A stretch of 63,999 bases of DNA, filler included, from Dimargaris cristalligena (Eukaryota): NCBI GenBank assembly GCA_003614675.1. It is 8 parts of 8 records of this genome, joined end to end, with 100 filler letters (N's around TTAATTAATTAA, not from the genome) between each part and the next. Parts side by side here need not be neighbours in the genome. Positions count along the whole stretch, not along the records: positions 32,773 to 40,859 come from ML003362.1; positions 40,960 to 49,034 come from ML003363.1; 6 more parts are not named here. One strand, written 5' to 3'. Made by a program: the position numbers and the translations under genes. Below the pieces are notes generated by a model. The model ran no database searches and was not told the DNA's origin. It saw only the letters and a list, made by a program, of their open reading frames with translations. Numbering within the stretch: the first letter of the stretch is position 1; every line of letters begins with the position of its first letter. Below are positions 36,301 to 48,866 of this stretch, in pieces.

Positions 36301-36310
36301 TGTCTGACAT
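33307..36310 (-). CDS. RRM protein, CPSF6/CPSF7 (CFIm large subunit)-like; exons approx. 36310-36242, 35882-35657, 35173-35124, 34697-34591, 34439-34374, 34226-34135, 33979-33578, 33362-33307
   Basis: N-terminal VDIYGE; spliced RRM AILVSNMHW|YTSEDDIR...IFNENKSNGKSLG|IAYIDF; Gly/Met/Asn/Gln-rich tail; junction phases consistent, last exon uncertain. Confidence 0.8.
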
Positions 36311-37343
36311 GGTTTTACACGCTAAGTAGGATCGGTGCGAAAGTAGATGAAATGCCGGGTCAGTAGTGGATGAAGAGGAGCGACTGTCACAAAACAAAAA
36401 AAGAACACTAATGCGAGGCGGAGGACTGCTAATAATGCAGCGTTGAATGATATGTATAATAAGTATGTGGTTGCAAAGAAGCAAGTAAGAGAACGAATAA
36501 TAATAACAGGAGGGGGGGAATCAAGGAAAAGGACAAAGGAGGAGAAGAGGGCAGAAATAGAAGGTGGTGGGAGATTGAGTAGTATTCACATAGTGGGCGG
36601 GGTGCACCATCATCATCATCATCATCATAATGGGGCAGGGTGAATAAGCTCGTGTGTATGGGGAGTTTATTCAAAGGTAATAGTGGAAATATAATGTTGG
36701 GCTAATCAAGCTGAAGAGCACCGGTTAAAAGGATCGTCGCCACTATATACTTACTATACACGCCATCTCTCTTTAATGAAAGGTGGACTAAGGTCCCCCA
36801 ATTCTACAATAAACCAGCGTATTTTGCCCCCTCCCTAGCCAAATTCGCCATCAATTAAGCCTGTTTACCTCTCCTAATAGCTAGGAGAGAGATGGTGGTT
36901 CATGCCAACCAACATTAATTCCCGAGTTCCCCCTTCACTTTACCTTGATTCATCTGGATCGATTGATGACACCTCTCCCCCATTGTATAGCCCTGGGGAT
37001 TCAGCAGGAAAAAGGAGTGGGTGCCCTCCCCTCTTCCATCTAAGTGAAACGATCCACGAAAGTGATCTACCCAGAATAACCAAATCTGGCCAACCAATAC
37101 GTCATTAGACCCCAATGGATTTACCACTGCGGTTTATTGGGTTTAAGTATACTAAACTAAAGAAAAGCAATCTAAACAATATACAAAGTACTTGTAATTT
37201 AACCATGCATCAAAGAGGGCAACGAGGACCAGATTCAGGCGAACCGTTGCGATAATATACATATATATATATATCGCTTTTTTTTTAAGAAAAAATAAAT
37301 GGTCGTGCAAGAAACCCTACAAGGAAGTAGGGTGGAGGGGGAG

Positions 37344-40300
37344 TTAGTCGAATGAAATGGCCTGAGGAATGTCCCTCACCACGACCGACGAGGCCGTCGA
37401 AGATGGCTCTGATGGCGGGGATAGCGGAGAAGGTATGTCCTCTGATAAAGGATCAGCGAAAATCACTGTTTTTTTCGGGTGACCACTGCCGCTAGCCACG
37501 GCGGCCGAATTGACCAGGAGGGAGGTATCGTAATTGCCGGTCCCGAATGGCACCGTATGCGGGGGTGGGGTAGGAGGAGATGTGTCGTAACTACCGGGTC
37601 CGAATGGTACCGTATGCGGCGGCGGAGTAGGAGGAGGGGGAAGAGTGGCGTCGTAATCACCGGCCCCGAATGGCACCGTATGTGGAGGTGGGGTTGGGGG
37701 GGTAGCCCGTCGAGGAGGCACATTGGACGGCCCAGTCAGATAAGGAAATGCCGACACCACGAGTGGGGGAGGAAACTGGAAGACCGAGTTGGACGACGAC
37801 GACGACGACAATGATCCCGCGGACGAACTGGGCAGATCTGCGGGGTGGGTTTGAGAGAATGGTATTGTCTGACCGGGTTGTTGGGAAATACTGGAGTAGT
37901 AGGTGCTCGGCGAATCGACGACGGACATGATCTCCGGTTCAACTTCCACGGCCTTAACTTCCGTCACCGGCAGCTTATCCTCCGCCTCTACTTCCTCCTC
38001 CTCCTCCGACTCCTCATCCTCTTCCTCTATGGCCTTTAACTTGGATTTCCGCTGGTTGCTATAGACTTGGTTGGGTGCTGGCGCGGGGGGTCCGGAGTTC
38101 AGGAGGGCAGGTGGGGTAGAGGACGAGGACGAGTCTTCGACCCCGAGATTTTCCGAATCCGCGGCCCACGAATGAAGATGAGGAGAAGGAGGTGGTGGGG
38201 GGGGTAGTTGTTGTTGTTGGAACGTCACCGATGGCTCCCTTTCCGGATGGGCCGGGACTTCGGGAGTCCAGTCGGGTCTTAGCCAGTCCAGGCCCGCCAT
38301 TGGTACTCTGGGCTGTGGCATGAAAAGGGGTGGTGGTGTGATCGAGGGGCGCTCGGAGAAGTTTGTCTGCTTACGATTCGGGTCGGTATAGTTCACCGGT
38401 GCCTCCTCGGAAGGGGGTACAAACGTGGTTTCTTCGTAATGAGTACCGGCGGTAGCATCATCCTCCCCCTCTGCGCCACCGTTACTACTACTACTATTGG
38501 CTTGCTGACTTGGGTTGATTTGGTGGCGAGGAGGTTTCGGGGGGGGACTGGAGGACCGGTCGGAGTTTTGAACCAGCTGGAGTGGGTCGGTCGGTGGGTG
38601 GGTGTGTGGAGTTCCTGGCATTCCATCACTACCATCGTCGCTGCCAGAGTCATCTACGCCGTTCCCTACGGTGTTTGGGTAGATAGCGGTCAGTAGGTGG
38701 GGGTATTGCAGTTGATCATCCTCCTTGGGTAAAAGGGGCATGCTTTGGTCAGCATACGTACTACTAACGTCGCTTCCGACTTCACTTCTGGAATACGTAC
38801 TGTCATTGTCGCTATTACTACCACTATTACCACCACTATCATCAACTTGGCGGGTAGGGATGTAACGGCTGTCAGTGGGTTGTTGATAAGGTAGCACTTG
38901 GGACTGGTTAGTGTTTTGAACCGACTGGAGTGGGCGAACCGGGAGTGGAGGTGGACCTCCAGATACTCCATTGCTACCATGGCTATTGTCATGGTTGTAA
39001 CCATCGTTTCCTGCGGGGGCGGAAAAGCGATTGGTCGGTGGGCGGGAGTATTTCCATTGTTCATTCTGGTGGAAAGGTGGCAAATTGTCGTCAGCATACA
39101 TACTACTATCATCGTTTCCACCTTCACTGCCGGTATAAATACTGGCATTGTCGTGGTTACTACCACTGCCATAGGCTTGCTGAAGGGGGATGGTTCGGCT
39201 GTGGGAGGGTTGTTGATGGGATGACATTTGGGGCTGGTTAGTGTTTTGAACCAACTGGAGGGGGCGAACCGGGAGTGGAGGTGGACCTCCAGATACCCCA
39301 TTACTACTATGGCTATTGTCATGGTTGTAACCGTCGCTCCCTACGGGGGCGGAAAAAAGACTGGTCGGTGGGCGGGAGTATCTCCATTGCTCATTTTTAG
39401 GTAAAAGCGGTGCGTTTTCGTCAGAATACATATTACTGTCGTGGTCACTACCCCTACCATAGGCTTGCTGGGGAGGGAAAGTTCGGCTGTGAGAGGGTTG
39501 TTGGTGGGATGGCATTTGGGGGTAGCCCGAGTTTTGATTCGGATAGGGTGGATACATTTGGTGCGGTGGTGGACCTACAAATACCCCATTGCTACTCTGG
39601 CTATTGTCATAGTTGTAACCGTCGTTCCCTGTGGGGGCGTAAAAGGGATCGGTCGGCGGTTGAGGAGGGTATTGCCCTGGGTAAGCCTGGGGAATCGGCG
39701 GTGCACCTTCGAAGGTCGGCCCACTAGTGCCATACCCACGACGGCCGTCATTTCCATCGCCATTATCAGCACTGCCACCATTACCAGAATTGGCACTATC
39801 GCTACTGCTGTCACTGCCACTGCCACTGCCACTGTCACTATCACTGTCGCTGCTGATAGAGGCATTGGTCCAGCTCGGATTCCAGTGCTTGTTGTAGCCC
39901 GCGTATTTATCCGACCATTGTCCCGCCCAATTGGCCGCACGTCCGACCGTCTGTTGTTTAATCCGTTGGGTCCAGGACGGTTGGCTTGCCTCCGCCTTCT
40001 TCTTATTCTTCTCCTCATCCGTTGCGGCGCCATCACTGCTTCCCAAAGTAGTAGTAGTAGCGGTACTCGGAGCCGCTTTAGAACCGTATCGTCCGGCGAA
40101 TCGACTAGCTAAATTCGCGGACCGACCGAGTGTCTGTTGCTTCGCCCATTCCTTCCGGCTACCGAGCATCGACCACTGAATGACCCGTCGAGCATCGCGG
40201 GGATCCCAGTCTTCTTCGACAATGGCCAGTTGGGCGGGTGTGAGGAAGTAGGGATCATTCGGGGCCACCCCGACCAAATTACGGCCCTGCTCAATACGGT

Positions 40301-40514
40301 GGAGCGAATTGAGGTAGCGGTGGGCGAGGGGGATATCGCGATTGAAAATAAGGCCCTTTAAAGCCCGGGTGGAGTCGTCAAAAGAGTTGGGGGTCGTGTC
40401 GATGGATGATGGTTCAGGGGAAATCTGGCGGTGAACGAGGGTGGGTCGGGATTGGACCCCCGCGAGGGTCCCGATAAAGGCCACGAGGAGAGTGCACCAC
40501 AAAACGGCTCGCAT
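37344..40514 (-). CDS. 1056-aa secreted low-complexity repeat protein
   Basis: Long intronless ORF with signal peptide MRAVLWCTLLVAFIGTLAGVQS; Ser/Pro/Asn-rich; internal repeats; TATA box near 40742. Confidence 0.8.
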   Translation of the reverse strand: MRAVLWCTLLVAFIGTLAGVQSRPTLVHRQISPEPSSIDTTPNSFDDSTRALKGLIFNRDIPLAHRYLNSLHRIEQGRNLVGVAPNDPYFLTPAQLAIVEEDWDPRDARRVIQWSMLGSRKEWAKQQTLGRSANLASRFAGRYGSKAAPSTATTTTLGSSDGAATDEEKNKKKAEASQPSWTQRIKQQTVGRAANWAGQWSDKYAGYNKHWNPSWTNASISSDSDSDSGSGSGSDSSSDSANSGNGGSADNGDGNDGRRGYGTSGPTFEGAPPIPQAYPGQYPPQPPTDPFYAPTGNDGYNYDNSQSSNGVFVGPPPHQMYPPYPNQNSGYPQMPSHQQPSHSRTFPPQQAYGRGSDHDSNMYSDENAPLLPKNEQWRYSRPPTSLFSAPVGSDGYNHDNSHSSNGVSGGPPPLPVRPLQLVQNTNQPQMSSHQQPSHSRTIPLQQAYGSGSNHDNASIYTGSEGGNDDSSMYADDNLPPFHQNEQWKYSRPPTNRFSAPAGNDGYNHDNSHGSNGVSGGPPPLPVRPLQSVQNTNQSQVLPYQQPTDSRYIPTRQVDDSGGNSGSNSDNDSTYSRSEVGSDVSSTYADQSMPLLPKEDDQLQYPHLLTAIYPNTVGNGVDDSGSDDGSDGMPGTPHTHPPTDPLQLVQNSDRSSSPPPKPPRHQINPSQQANSSSSNGGAEGEDDATAGTHYEETTFVPPSEEAPVNYTDPNRKQTNFSERPSITPPPLFMPQPRVPMAGLDWLRPDWTPEVPAHPEREPSVTFQQQQLPPPPPPSPHLHSWAADSENLGVEDSSSSSTPPALLNSGPPAPAPNQVYSNQRKSKLKAIEEEDEESEEEEEVEAEDKLPVTEVKAVEVEPEIMSVVDSPSTYYSSISQQPGQTIPFSQTHPADLPSSSAGSLSSSSSSNSVFQFPPPLVVSAFPYLTGPSNVPPRRATPPTPPPHTVPFGAGDYDATLPPPPTPPPHTVPFGPGSYDTSPPTPPPHTVPFGTGNYDTSLLVNSAAVASGSGHPKKTVIFADPLSEDIPSPLSPPSEPSSTASSVVVRDIPQAISFD
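38560..39640 (-). repeat. Coding tandem repeats, 3 units plus a degenerate one (periods 288 and 330 nt)
   Basis: GxDGYNxDNSxxSNGVxxGPPP recurs at nt ~39607, 39319 and 38989. Confidence 0.85.
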
Positions 40515-40859
40515 GGTGGTGGTGGTGATGATGATGATGATTGTTTTGGGGAGTGTAAGAAAAGTTCAAAGAGCTGGTTTGTCAAAGAGGAGCTATACAA
40601 TTGAGAGAGATATACAATTATATATATATATATATGTATATAAGATTGGAAAAATGTCAATCAGAAGAGGGAGAGAGTGTCTGTTGAAATCCCGAATACT
40701 GTGCAGTTATTAGTAAAAACAGATTGACAGGGCTGCCTTTTTATATATAATATGGAGTGGATTATTATAAGGCTGAAACGAAAGTGGGGCTATCGGGGGG
40801 GGGGGGGGGATTTCGCGATTGAAAATAAGGCCCTTTAAAGCCCGGGTGGAGTCGTCAGG

Positions 40860-40959
40860 NNNNNNNNNNNNNNNNNNNNNNNNNNNNNNNNNNNNNNNNN
40901 NNNTTAATTAATTAANNNNNNNNNNNNNNNNNNNNNNNNNNNNNNNNNNNNNNNNNNNN
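40860..40959. other. Artificial contig linker
   Basis: N-TTAATTAATTAA-N spacer. Confidence 0.99.
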
Positions 40960-42015
40960 GAACGGGGCTAAAGAGCGGTCGCCCACTGGGTGCCGTCGCC
41001 CGACCGAGCTGGGGCCGATGGACGGTAGGACGGAGAATGGCGGGCGGGGCGCTGCTTAGTTCGGAGTTGGGAGGGTGGGTGGACTTGGACATGGGTAATG
41101 CTGTAACGCTGGGATGGACGGAGGAGGGGACTCCGAGTGAACCCTTATCCAGAGGGGGGCCAGACACGGGTGACACTGCGGACAATGGAACGGACAAAGC
41201 AAAAGAAATGGAGAACGTTTCAACGCAACTGGACAAAATAAACATGCATTTGAATATGAAATGAAAGGAGCTGAATGGGAATCATCGTGCATTGGAACAG
41301 CGCGAAACAAGGGGCCCGGTGCGCCATGGCGTGGGTAGATTCCCCAAACGCGAAAATATATTTTGGGGTTGGTTGGTCAACGTGCCCATTCTTTGGACCC
41401 AGAGCTATCCCTTGGAATGCCGTCTGCTGGCGTGTGGCTGCTATACTATATGGGAAGGCGCCTAAGCGCTAGGCACGGCAAAGGGCTGCGCGTAAACTCC
41501 CCATTTACGACAATGCTGGTGGGGTGATATTGGCGGTTCATTTGAAGGGGAACGGGGGGAGGTGCTATTTATACGGGCCTGGAATACCGCCAGCCGAGAA
41601 AAAGCCGGTTGACGTTACCTGGAGCGCCGCGGTGGTGGAGAGGCCCACCACCCTCAATCGACTCAGTTCATCACGGTTGGCCTGATTATACCTCAGCCGG
41701 GTATCGCACGCGATAATTAATTGGCCATGGGCCATGTCTGGTTACTGCAAGACCCGACTGGTTGGCGGTCCCTTGTGTTCGATCCCTTTATCTATATACT
41801 CTCCTAGACCAGCCCCTTGCGAGTCACAAACACCTCTGTGCACGGCCACTGTCAATGTCCAAGACTCGCTTAGGACGGTAATGACTATAATTATCCACCC
41901 TCTCGGGCGGAGTAGGCCGTCAGGGCATCATGCTGTCTAGGTGTGGCGGAAAAGCCCGCACCAAGTCCATGTGGTTGACGAGGTCGAAACGACCACTCAG
42001 GTAGCCGAAGTTAGT

Positions 42016-42158
42016 ATATGGGAGAAGTTCATTCAGGCTGTATAATGAAAAATCCATTGGATGGGGCCAATATTAGTGGTTAAAAGCTATTCTCACATAT
42101 ATTCGCCCATACACTATTATGTAAAACCTTGTACAGCTGGTTTGAATTTCACCTATAT
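42016..42158 (+). mobile_element. MITE family A, complete copy
   Basis: ATATGGGAGAAGTTCATTCAGGCTGTATA...TACAGCTGGTTTGAATTTCACCTATAT. Confidence 0.82.
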
Positions 42159-43139
42159 GGAAGTAATGAAGTTCCCATTGATGGCTGGGACCGAACCCAC
42201 TACTGGGCCACTCTAACCCTAAATAAATCACCACCCCACGGGACCCAGATGAAGTAGAGTTTTATTTAAAGTAAATGTAAGGCAGGCGACCTTTTGGTCA
42301 TAAATTTGCCATCCACGGGGGACCCAGGTCTTCCCCCCCCCGGCTTTGAGGCGATGCCTCAGGGGTAAGGTATACAGTTAGTTTCCAGCTGTACGGACAG
42401 GCGATCCATTGGGCCACCGGGTCTGGGGGCTGGTTATGGAATCCATCCTATAACTAACTAGAGGGGCATTCTTCCAGGGCCAAGCTAATTGGGTTTTTGA
42501 TGTAAAAAGGCACCAACGGTATATTAGATAAAGAATACATGTAACCGCGGGGGGCCACTTTCACAGTGGTGTCTGGCCCATTATGGCAGGCAGAGACAGT
42601 CTTTTGGTGCGGAAAAACCTGAAGGGGAAGTGTGAGAGAGTCGTGCTTGGTGATGAAAGGTGAGGGAAGAATGGCCCAAGTGTTCAGTGAGCATCTTTGC
42701 GGAAACGCTGTTGAAAAGGGTTAATGAGTGCTGGTCCAGATATAAAAACGGCCGCGCGACGGACTCCTTGGGGGTTTTATACGCATAACATTCTTTTCGG
42801 AAGAATCCTGTTGATATTTGTTTCTAACTAGTCCAACTAAGCCACTCGCCTCTTCACAGCTTAGCCTTTGCTTGTCTTTTTTCCCCCTACACCTCGTCGC
42901 CTATTTCGCCCATGAACCTCTCCCCGCATATGGTTGCAGGCACCTCATTTACTCGTCTAGCTATCCCACTTGCTTTTTTGCTTGGTTCTCTCTTTTATTT
43001 CTTGGTCCTGGCCATGCCCTTCGCTAGGACAGGCTCCTTGTATTATTTATTGCAGTTGCTTTAATTTCGGCCACTCCGTTGCGAACATTGCCATTCCTAC
43101 TATTCCACTAGTCCGTCCCCTTAACCCTCTAATATAACC

Positions 43140-46100
43140 ATGGCCGACCCGTTGCCCGAGGCCACTGCTCTATTGTGTCGCCTATACAAGGATACCGCCG
43201 GCCCCGCTCTTCGGCAAAGTCTGTCAAAGAGGGCCCAGAGTCCCGAGTTGACGCCGCTGCCCAGAGATCCCCGACAACAGGTAAGTTAACCCTAACTAAC
43301 CCTCGCAATTGGCCTGGGCCACTATAGCCCAGCCGTTTCACATTCTAGCGCATACATTTTGTTCTGTTATTAGGCCAAGCCCGAGTAACCATCCCTAAAA
43401 TACCGTGCGGGCCGCTGTGTTCAACCCACCTGTACTTGTCCATATTCCTCCCTGTATTACCCTCTAAGATTAAACGGACCATCTCGAGCGCCCCGCCTAC
43501 TGCCGCGGAAATTGATGTGCAGCTCGAAGAGCAATTTCACCACGGAGTTGTACCCGTCCCGAACTCGCCCGGGTCGGACGAGTCCCTTATTTCCGGCCAC
43601 TTGGTCGAAAACTCGCCCTTCATTTGCGATGCCGCCATGAAGCGCGAAATCCTAGCCTTTATCCGCCTCGACAAGACGGTGCCCATCGATCCCGCCCAAT
43701 TTCCCTTGTTGAACAAAGCCCACCAGTGGTTTTTCCAAATCAAGGATGTGCCGCAGAATCAGTCCCGGTCCCTGCCGGGCAGTATCTACATTTCACTCGA
43801 AACCAACCCGCCCCGGACCTCCGCCTTCTTCATCTCGGACAGTGTCGCCCGAGTGCTGGCCCCCCGCTTCGCCGCCATCTACAGTCGGTTCTTGCGGAGT
43901 CCCGAGTTTAATTTCCTGGCCACTTCCAAGGGCCACATTTGGCGCATTGGCAAGTCCACTCAGGCCGGTCCCTCGGATCAATCCACCCAAATCCCGCGAC
44001 ACCCGGCGGGGCAGGGCTCCTCCGATAGTTCGCGCGTGGTGGCCCCGTCAATCCCCCTGCAGTCGTCCCCCAGGCCCCGGCCCAGCCCCGTTTCCCGAAA
44101 GTCGGAGTCGACTCTCTACCGCTCAACTATGGCGGCAACTCCCAGTGGCCGCGCATCGTCCACCCCGCTCAACGGCCAGGGTGGTGATCCTGAAGAGGGT
44201 GAAATTGCTGCTACACCTCCTGGGGAACCGCCCATTCCTCCTCCGCCGGCCAAGCGCCCCCGAGCCACGGCCGAGCGAAAATCCATTGTGTTATCGAACC
44301 TAAGTGGGCTTCGCAGTACCCCCGGCAGCTCCATGCTACCCCAGCGTCCGACGGTATCCCCCTCGTCCCCCGTACAGCCCTCCGAAATTGTCATGCAGGG
44401 CAAAGTCCCCTTTCCCTTCCCCCCTCCCCTGCTTCAGACGAACCTTTTAAACTCTGGAGCGACCACTCCTGCCCGATCATCGCCCACGCGCCACTCGCTG
44501 GCCTCCACAACCAGGGCGGTAAGGTCGTCCGCTTCGGCCTCAGCCAAGCCCCGGCCCGGCCCAGCATCCAAAGTCCAGCGACCCAATCTGGTCCTACCCA
44601 CTGGTTCACTTGCCGGTACGTCTTGTGTTTCCCCGATTGCGTCCGCCAGTCCCACCCTTACCCAGCACCCAGAGCCACCCTCCGATCCGAAGCCCAGCCC
44701 GATCGCGTTGGTGGTCCCCACCGCAGGGAACCACACGGCCCCGGCTCCCTCGTCGCCGACCTTTCTCCCTCCACCCGGGAATTCCACCCCCACGCGGCCA
44801 TTATTAGTAGTCAAGCTGGGGGAGAGGCCCTCCCCCAATCTCACGTCCTCGTCCCCTCCGGTTGCCGCCCCATTGCGGCCGTCCTCGCCTACTCGGTCTC
44901 CGTACCTTCCACCGCCGGCCTCGTCGGGCGCCGGGGTACCATTAAGCGGCCCTCCTGGCCCCGTTCCCACCCCTACCGCATCTGAATTAAATCACCACCG
45001 GGAAAAGGATCGGGCGGATTCCTCTGCGCCAACGCTCGCTTTGGATACAACGGCTGCCTTCTCTTCGCTAGCGTCGCCCCCCGGAACCCCCTATTCGGGT
45101 TCCCGCACCACGCCGGTTCACCAGGCCCCTCCTGCTCGGCTGGCCATGGAGGAGCCCGTTGGTGGGGCCACCCTGCCACATCCTCAGCCAACGGGGCTAC
45201 AGGCGAGCGTACCTACTCCCCAATCGGCCACTTTTACTCATGCGCTTTCTGCTCCGACGGGCTGGTCCTCCGGTCCTCCCGCTCCTTCGGTGCCACTTGC
45301 CGCACCCTCGGCCCACTCGACCGCCAGCCTTCCCTTCAACTCTCATACTCTGGCGGTCGAATCCGGTATCGGGCATGCGGCCCATTCGGTTCCCGCCTCC
45401 GCGGCTGGGGGTCACCCTATGTCCCCCTTTGTGGCGCCATCAACGGGGGCCTTGCAAACTGGCAGCGACCTGGTGGAGCAACCCTGCCTAGTCCCGAAAA
45501 ACGGCGCGGTACAGCCCCAAAGTGAGAATCCGGCCTTACAGCAGCAGTGGTTGAATCTTCAGCAGCAGATTCACCAACAACAGCTGCAGCACCAAAGCCG
45601 GCAGCTTCAGCAGCACCAACAACAGCAGTTTCAGCAGCAATTACAGCGACAGATGCAAGTCCTGCAGCAGGCGCAGCTGGTGCAACAGGGACAGCAACAC
45701 CTTCGGGAACTCGGGCAATTTAATGCGCGGGTGGTCCTTAACCCTCAAGGTGAATTGCAGTCCGTCCACCAACATCCACTTCAGCAGTTGAAGTCGGCCG
45801 CCGCGGCCAGCCCCGCTTCGCAACCGCCCAGTCACAGCCCCGCCTTGGTCACCTCCCAGTCGATTTCCCTCGCCGACCTACAGAATAGCGGAGGGCAGTT
45901 CCAGTATCCAAGCCCCTATGCCGTTCTCCAGTCATCGGTCAGCTCGGTTACTCAGAAAGCGGCGGCGGCGGCGATTGCAAGTGCGACCATTCCCGCCTCG
46001 CACGGTGCCCATTCTGCGATAATATCGAGCCAGGGCCATGTCATGGGCAGTAGTGGTCATGGCAGCAGGCCCTCCAAATCCGGGGCCACGGGCGATCGTG

Positions 46101-46501
46101 CTGGCAGCACTCATGCTCGACCAACCGCTGCCGCTGCCCATGGTTTATCGACCGAGGTGGTTAAGTATATTGATGGCAAGCTCAACAATATGCGCGGGTT
46201 CTTTGAGAATGAACTGCGGCTGGTCGAAGAGCGCCAACTGGCCCATCAGCAGGCCAGCGACCAGCGATTCCGTAATCTGGAGAAGTCGGTGGCCGGTATA
46301 ATGGTGGCTGTCCGCCGCTTGACCCAGCCCCAGGTACCCGTTGCCCCGCAGGTGTACCGGCAACACCCCGGCCTCCCCCAATCATCGCTGCCGCTAGCGA
46401 CCTTCCCAGCTGGGTCAACTTACCCACCTTCGCAGGCGTCTCCGACGTATCCTCCCTCCTCCGCTCCTCCCCACCCCTTCTCCAACCACCCGCCCATGTA
46501 A
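43140..46501 (+). CDS. ~1057-aa Pro/Ser/Gln-rich, probably nuclear protein with C-terminal coiled coil; exons 43140-43280, 43469-46501
   Basis: ACCATGG start, CAG|GTAAGT donor, AG acceptor in frame with the 1021-aa ORF; PPAKRPR NLS-like motif, poly-Q tract, heptad-like segment near the end. Confidence 0.78.
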
Positions 46502-48082
46502 AATAATTGCATTCCATTTCACCAGTTGCCCTTATTGCGCGCCTTTTGTACCTTTAGTTACCTCTTTTTATGTGAACCGCATTTGCATCTAGGGAATCTC
46601 GCTTCAACCATTCCATTGGATATATTATATAGTATTTTGCTTTTCGCCTTATGCTGGTTTTATGTTTAGTTGATGATAATCTCTGAATACGAAGTGGTTA
46701 AACTGTAATTATTCTCGTAGCATCATCGCGCTACCCAATCTTCACGAATTACGCAATACCGTCGGTCCAGACTAACGAATGCATATATATATATTTACAT
46801 AAAGTTTTCGAATGAACCAGCGAATATAATTATTTCTAGATGCCCTTGTCGCATCATTGTTTTGGCCCTGGGCGATGTCGAAGCACTAGGGTTACTTTAA
46901 GGCTAGACTCGATCCTAAATAGCAACATGCTACCTGTCCCCCCTGTGTAGCCCCATTTCGTTTCCATGACGGGCGGTGTCCATGATATTTAATACCAGCT
47001 ACTTCGAATGGCCATTTATGAGTGTGTTTTGATCAACGCGTTATCCTAGGCGGTGATTATGAACCAGGCCCACCTCTTTATAATAGTTAGGCAATCCATA
47101 CTTCTTTTCAATGCAGATCTAGTGATACTATTCCACATTAGCAAACAAGTTGATCGTAACGGGGATGATAACTTTCTAAATAGGGCGATTTGGGCACGAA
47201 TATACCTCTGAATATTATAGTTGGGAGGGGGGATACAAAATAGGTGCAAATAGTAAAAGCATAGGTACTGTTGGGGCAGAACTTAATGCGACGCAAGGAC
47301 AAAGTCAATAGCCCTATATCAACACCAGATGGAGCAGTGGCAGCCCGGTGGAAACGGAGGTCTCTGAAAAAACCCGTACTCAGCAGTGACAATTCTTGTC
47401 GGGACTTTAGATAGAGATAACTCGACAACCGGGGATCAGGGAAACTAATAGTAAAATTCAGATGTTGTAAAAATGAGTGATTTTAATGGGGGAATAACCA
47501 GTGGGCATTTATAGAAAAACGGATTTGCAGGAGAGAACATAAATATAATGGCCTACCGGTGCCACTCTAATACCAGAGTGTCCAATGGGTGGCAATGGAT
47601 AATGAAGATAGCTAACTAGAAGAATGGATGAACATAATGAAGGTTGCGAATGCTAGTGGCTTGGTGATACTAAGACTGAGAATACAGCTGAACCTTCTGT
47701 CACTTGGAAGTCATCCTAATAAAATAATGAATGATGGAAGATGGGCCCAGGCCACCGAAATATCAGTCTGGGTGGGAAATAGTGAAGGCCAACCTGCAGT
47801 AATGTTCTTTATCTTTTCCAAAACTAAAGATGGTTGGGGTGGGGTATGTTGTTAAGGTTTAAGCAGCCCCAGCCCCAATGGAGGTTTTTATTAAGTATTG
47901 CATTAAGGCAATGGTTACATCTCTGTGTGTTGGTGTTGGGGTCATCTAATCCACCACTAGGATTCGAAATACAAGTTAGTGTACCCTGCTCAGGTACAGA
48001 CCACTGGGGTGTGGATGGCAATGTGCCCGGGCTGGAGGAAGGTGGGATGCTAGGTCCAGAGGAACAAATGGGGAGGTGCTAC

Positions 48083-48527
48083 ATTGAAGAGAAAGTTTTA
48101 AGTATTTATGTATTTTTGAGTGAAGAAATAGATTATTAGTTTTTATTGTTGATAGTAACAATCATGAAGGAAAATAGGAATTATGAATAAAATATTGTTT
48201 TCATTGCAGGAAGAGGGCTCCTCAAACTGAGGTTGTAAATCAGCTGTTATAAATAATACCAAGTCTCATAAAATAATCCAAAATATTGTCACAAAGCTGT
48301 TATAGCACATGGCTGTTGTCATGAATATCAAATAATAAATTGGCAGCTGACTTCCCAAAAGGCATGGAATAGTTCTAATAAAATTTGTTATATCAATCAT
48401 CATCATTAATATTTGATAAAATAACAGTCATAATTATTGTAATATTCAATAATCATCAGGTTAACATAAGAACCAGTGGGTAAATAGAAAGCTGGATACT
48501 GAAAGCTGTCATCCGACATTCTCACAG
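48083..48527 (-). repeat. Unclassified dispersed repeat C (partner of 63555-63999)
   Basis: Revcomp aligns by eye with 63555-63999, e.g. GAGGAGCCCTCTTCCTGCAATGAAAACAATATTTTATTCATAATTCCTATTTTCCTTCA shared. Confidence 0.85.
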
Positions 48528-48866
48528 CACTACAATTATTCCCCCAGCCTGAATTGAACTATACCTAGTTCAAACATTAATCAGCAAAAAGTAGGGCCAT
48601 AAATGCAATCCAGAAATTTAGTTTTGGTTTTCACTACTATCAAGTTTGCAAATGGTGTACACATCATTAGGATAAACAATACCAATAGTATATAATCCAA
48701 GCCATTGGTCCCAGAGTTTACCACCAACCTTGGTCAATCAGCTGTTCTTTAAGAGGACTAAATCATCACACATTGAAAGGCAATTTAAGAATCTGGAACT
48801 TCCTCTCAAAGTACATATCAGCTTATTCTCAAAGCCATGAATTTAGGAGTAACTGGATGGCTAGTA

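Noticed and set aside
40805-40859. ~50-bp copy of 40328-40380 at the contig end
   Set aside because: Joined through a G homopolymer at the contig tip; most likely a chimeric read or misassembly, though a paralog is not excluded.
40960-41245. Possible 5' end of a minus-strand gene (MSKSTHPP...)
   Set aside because: Cut by the contig edge and no recognisable motif.
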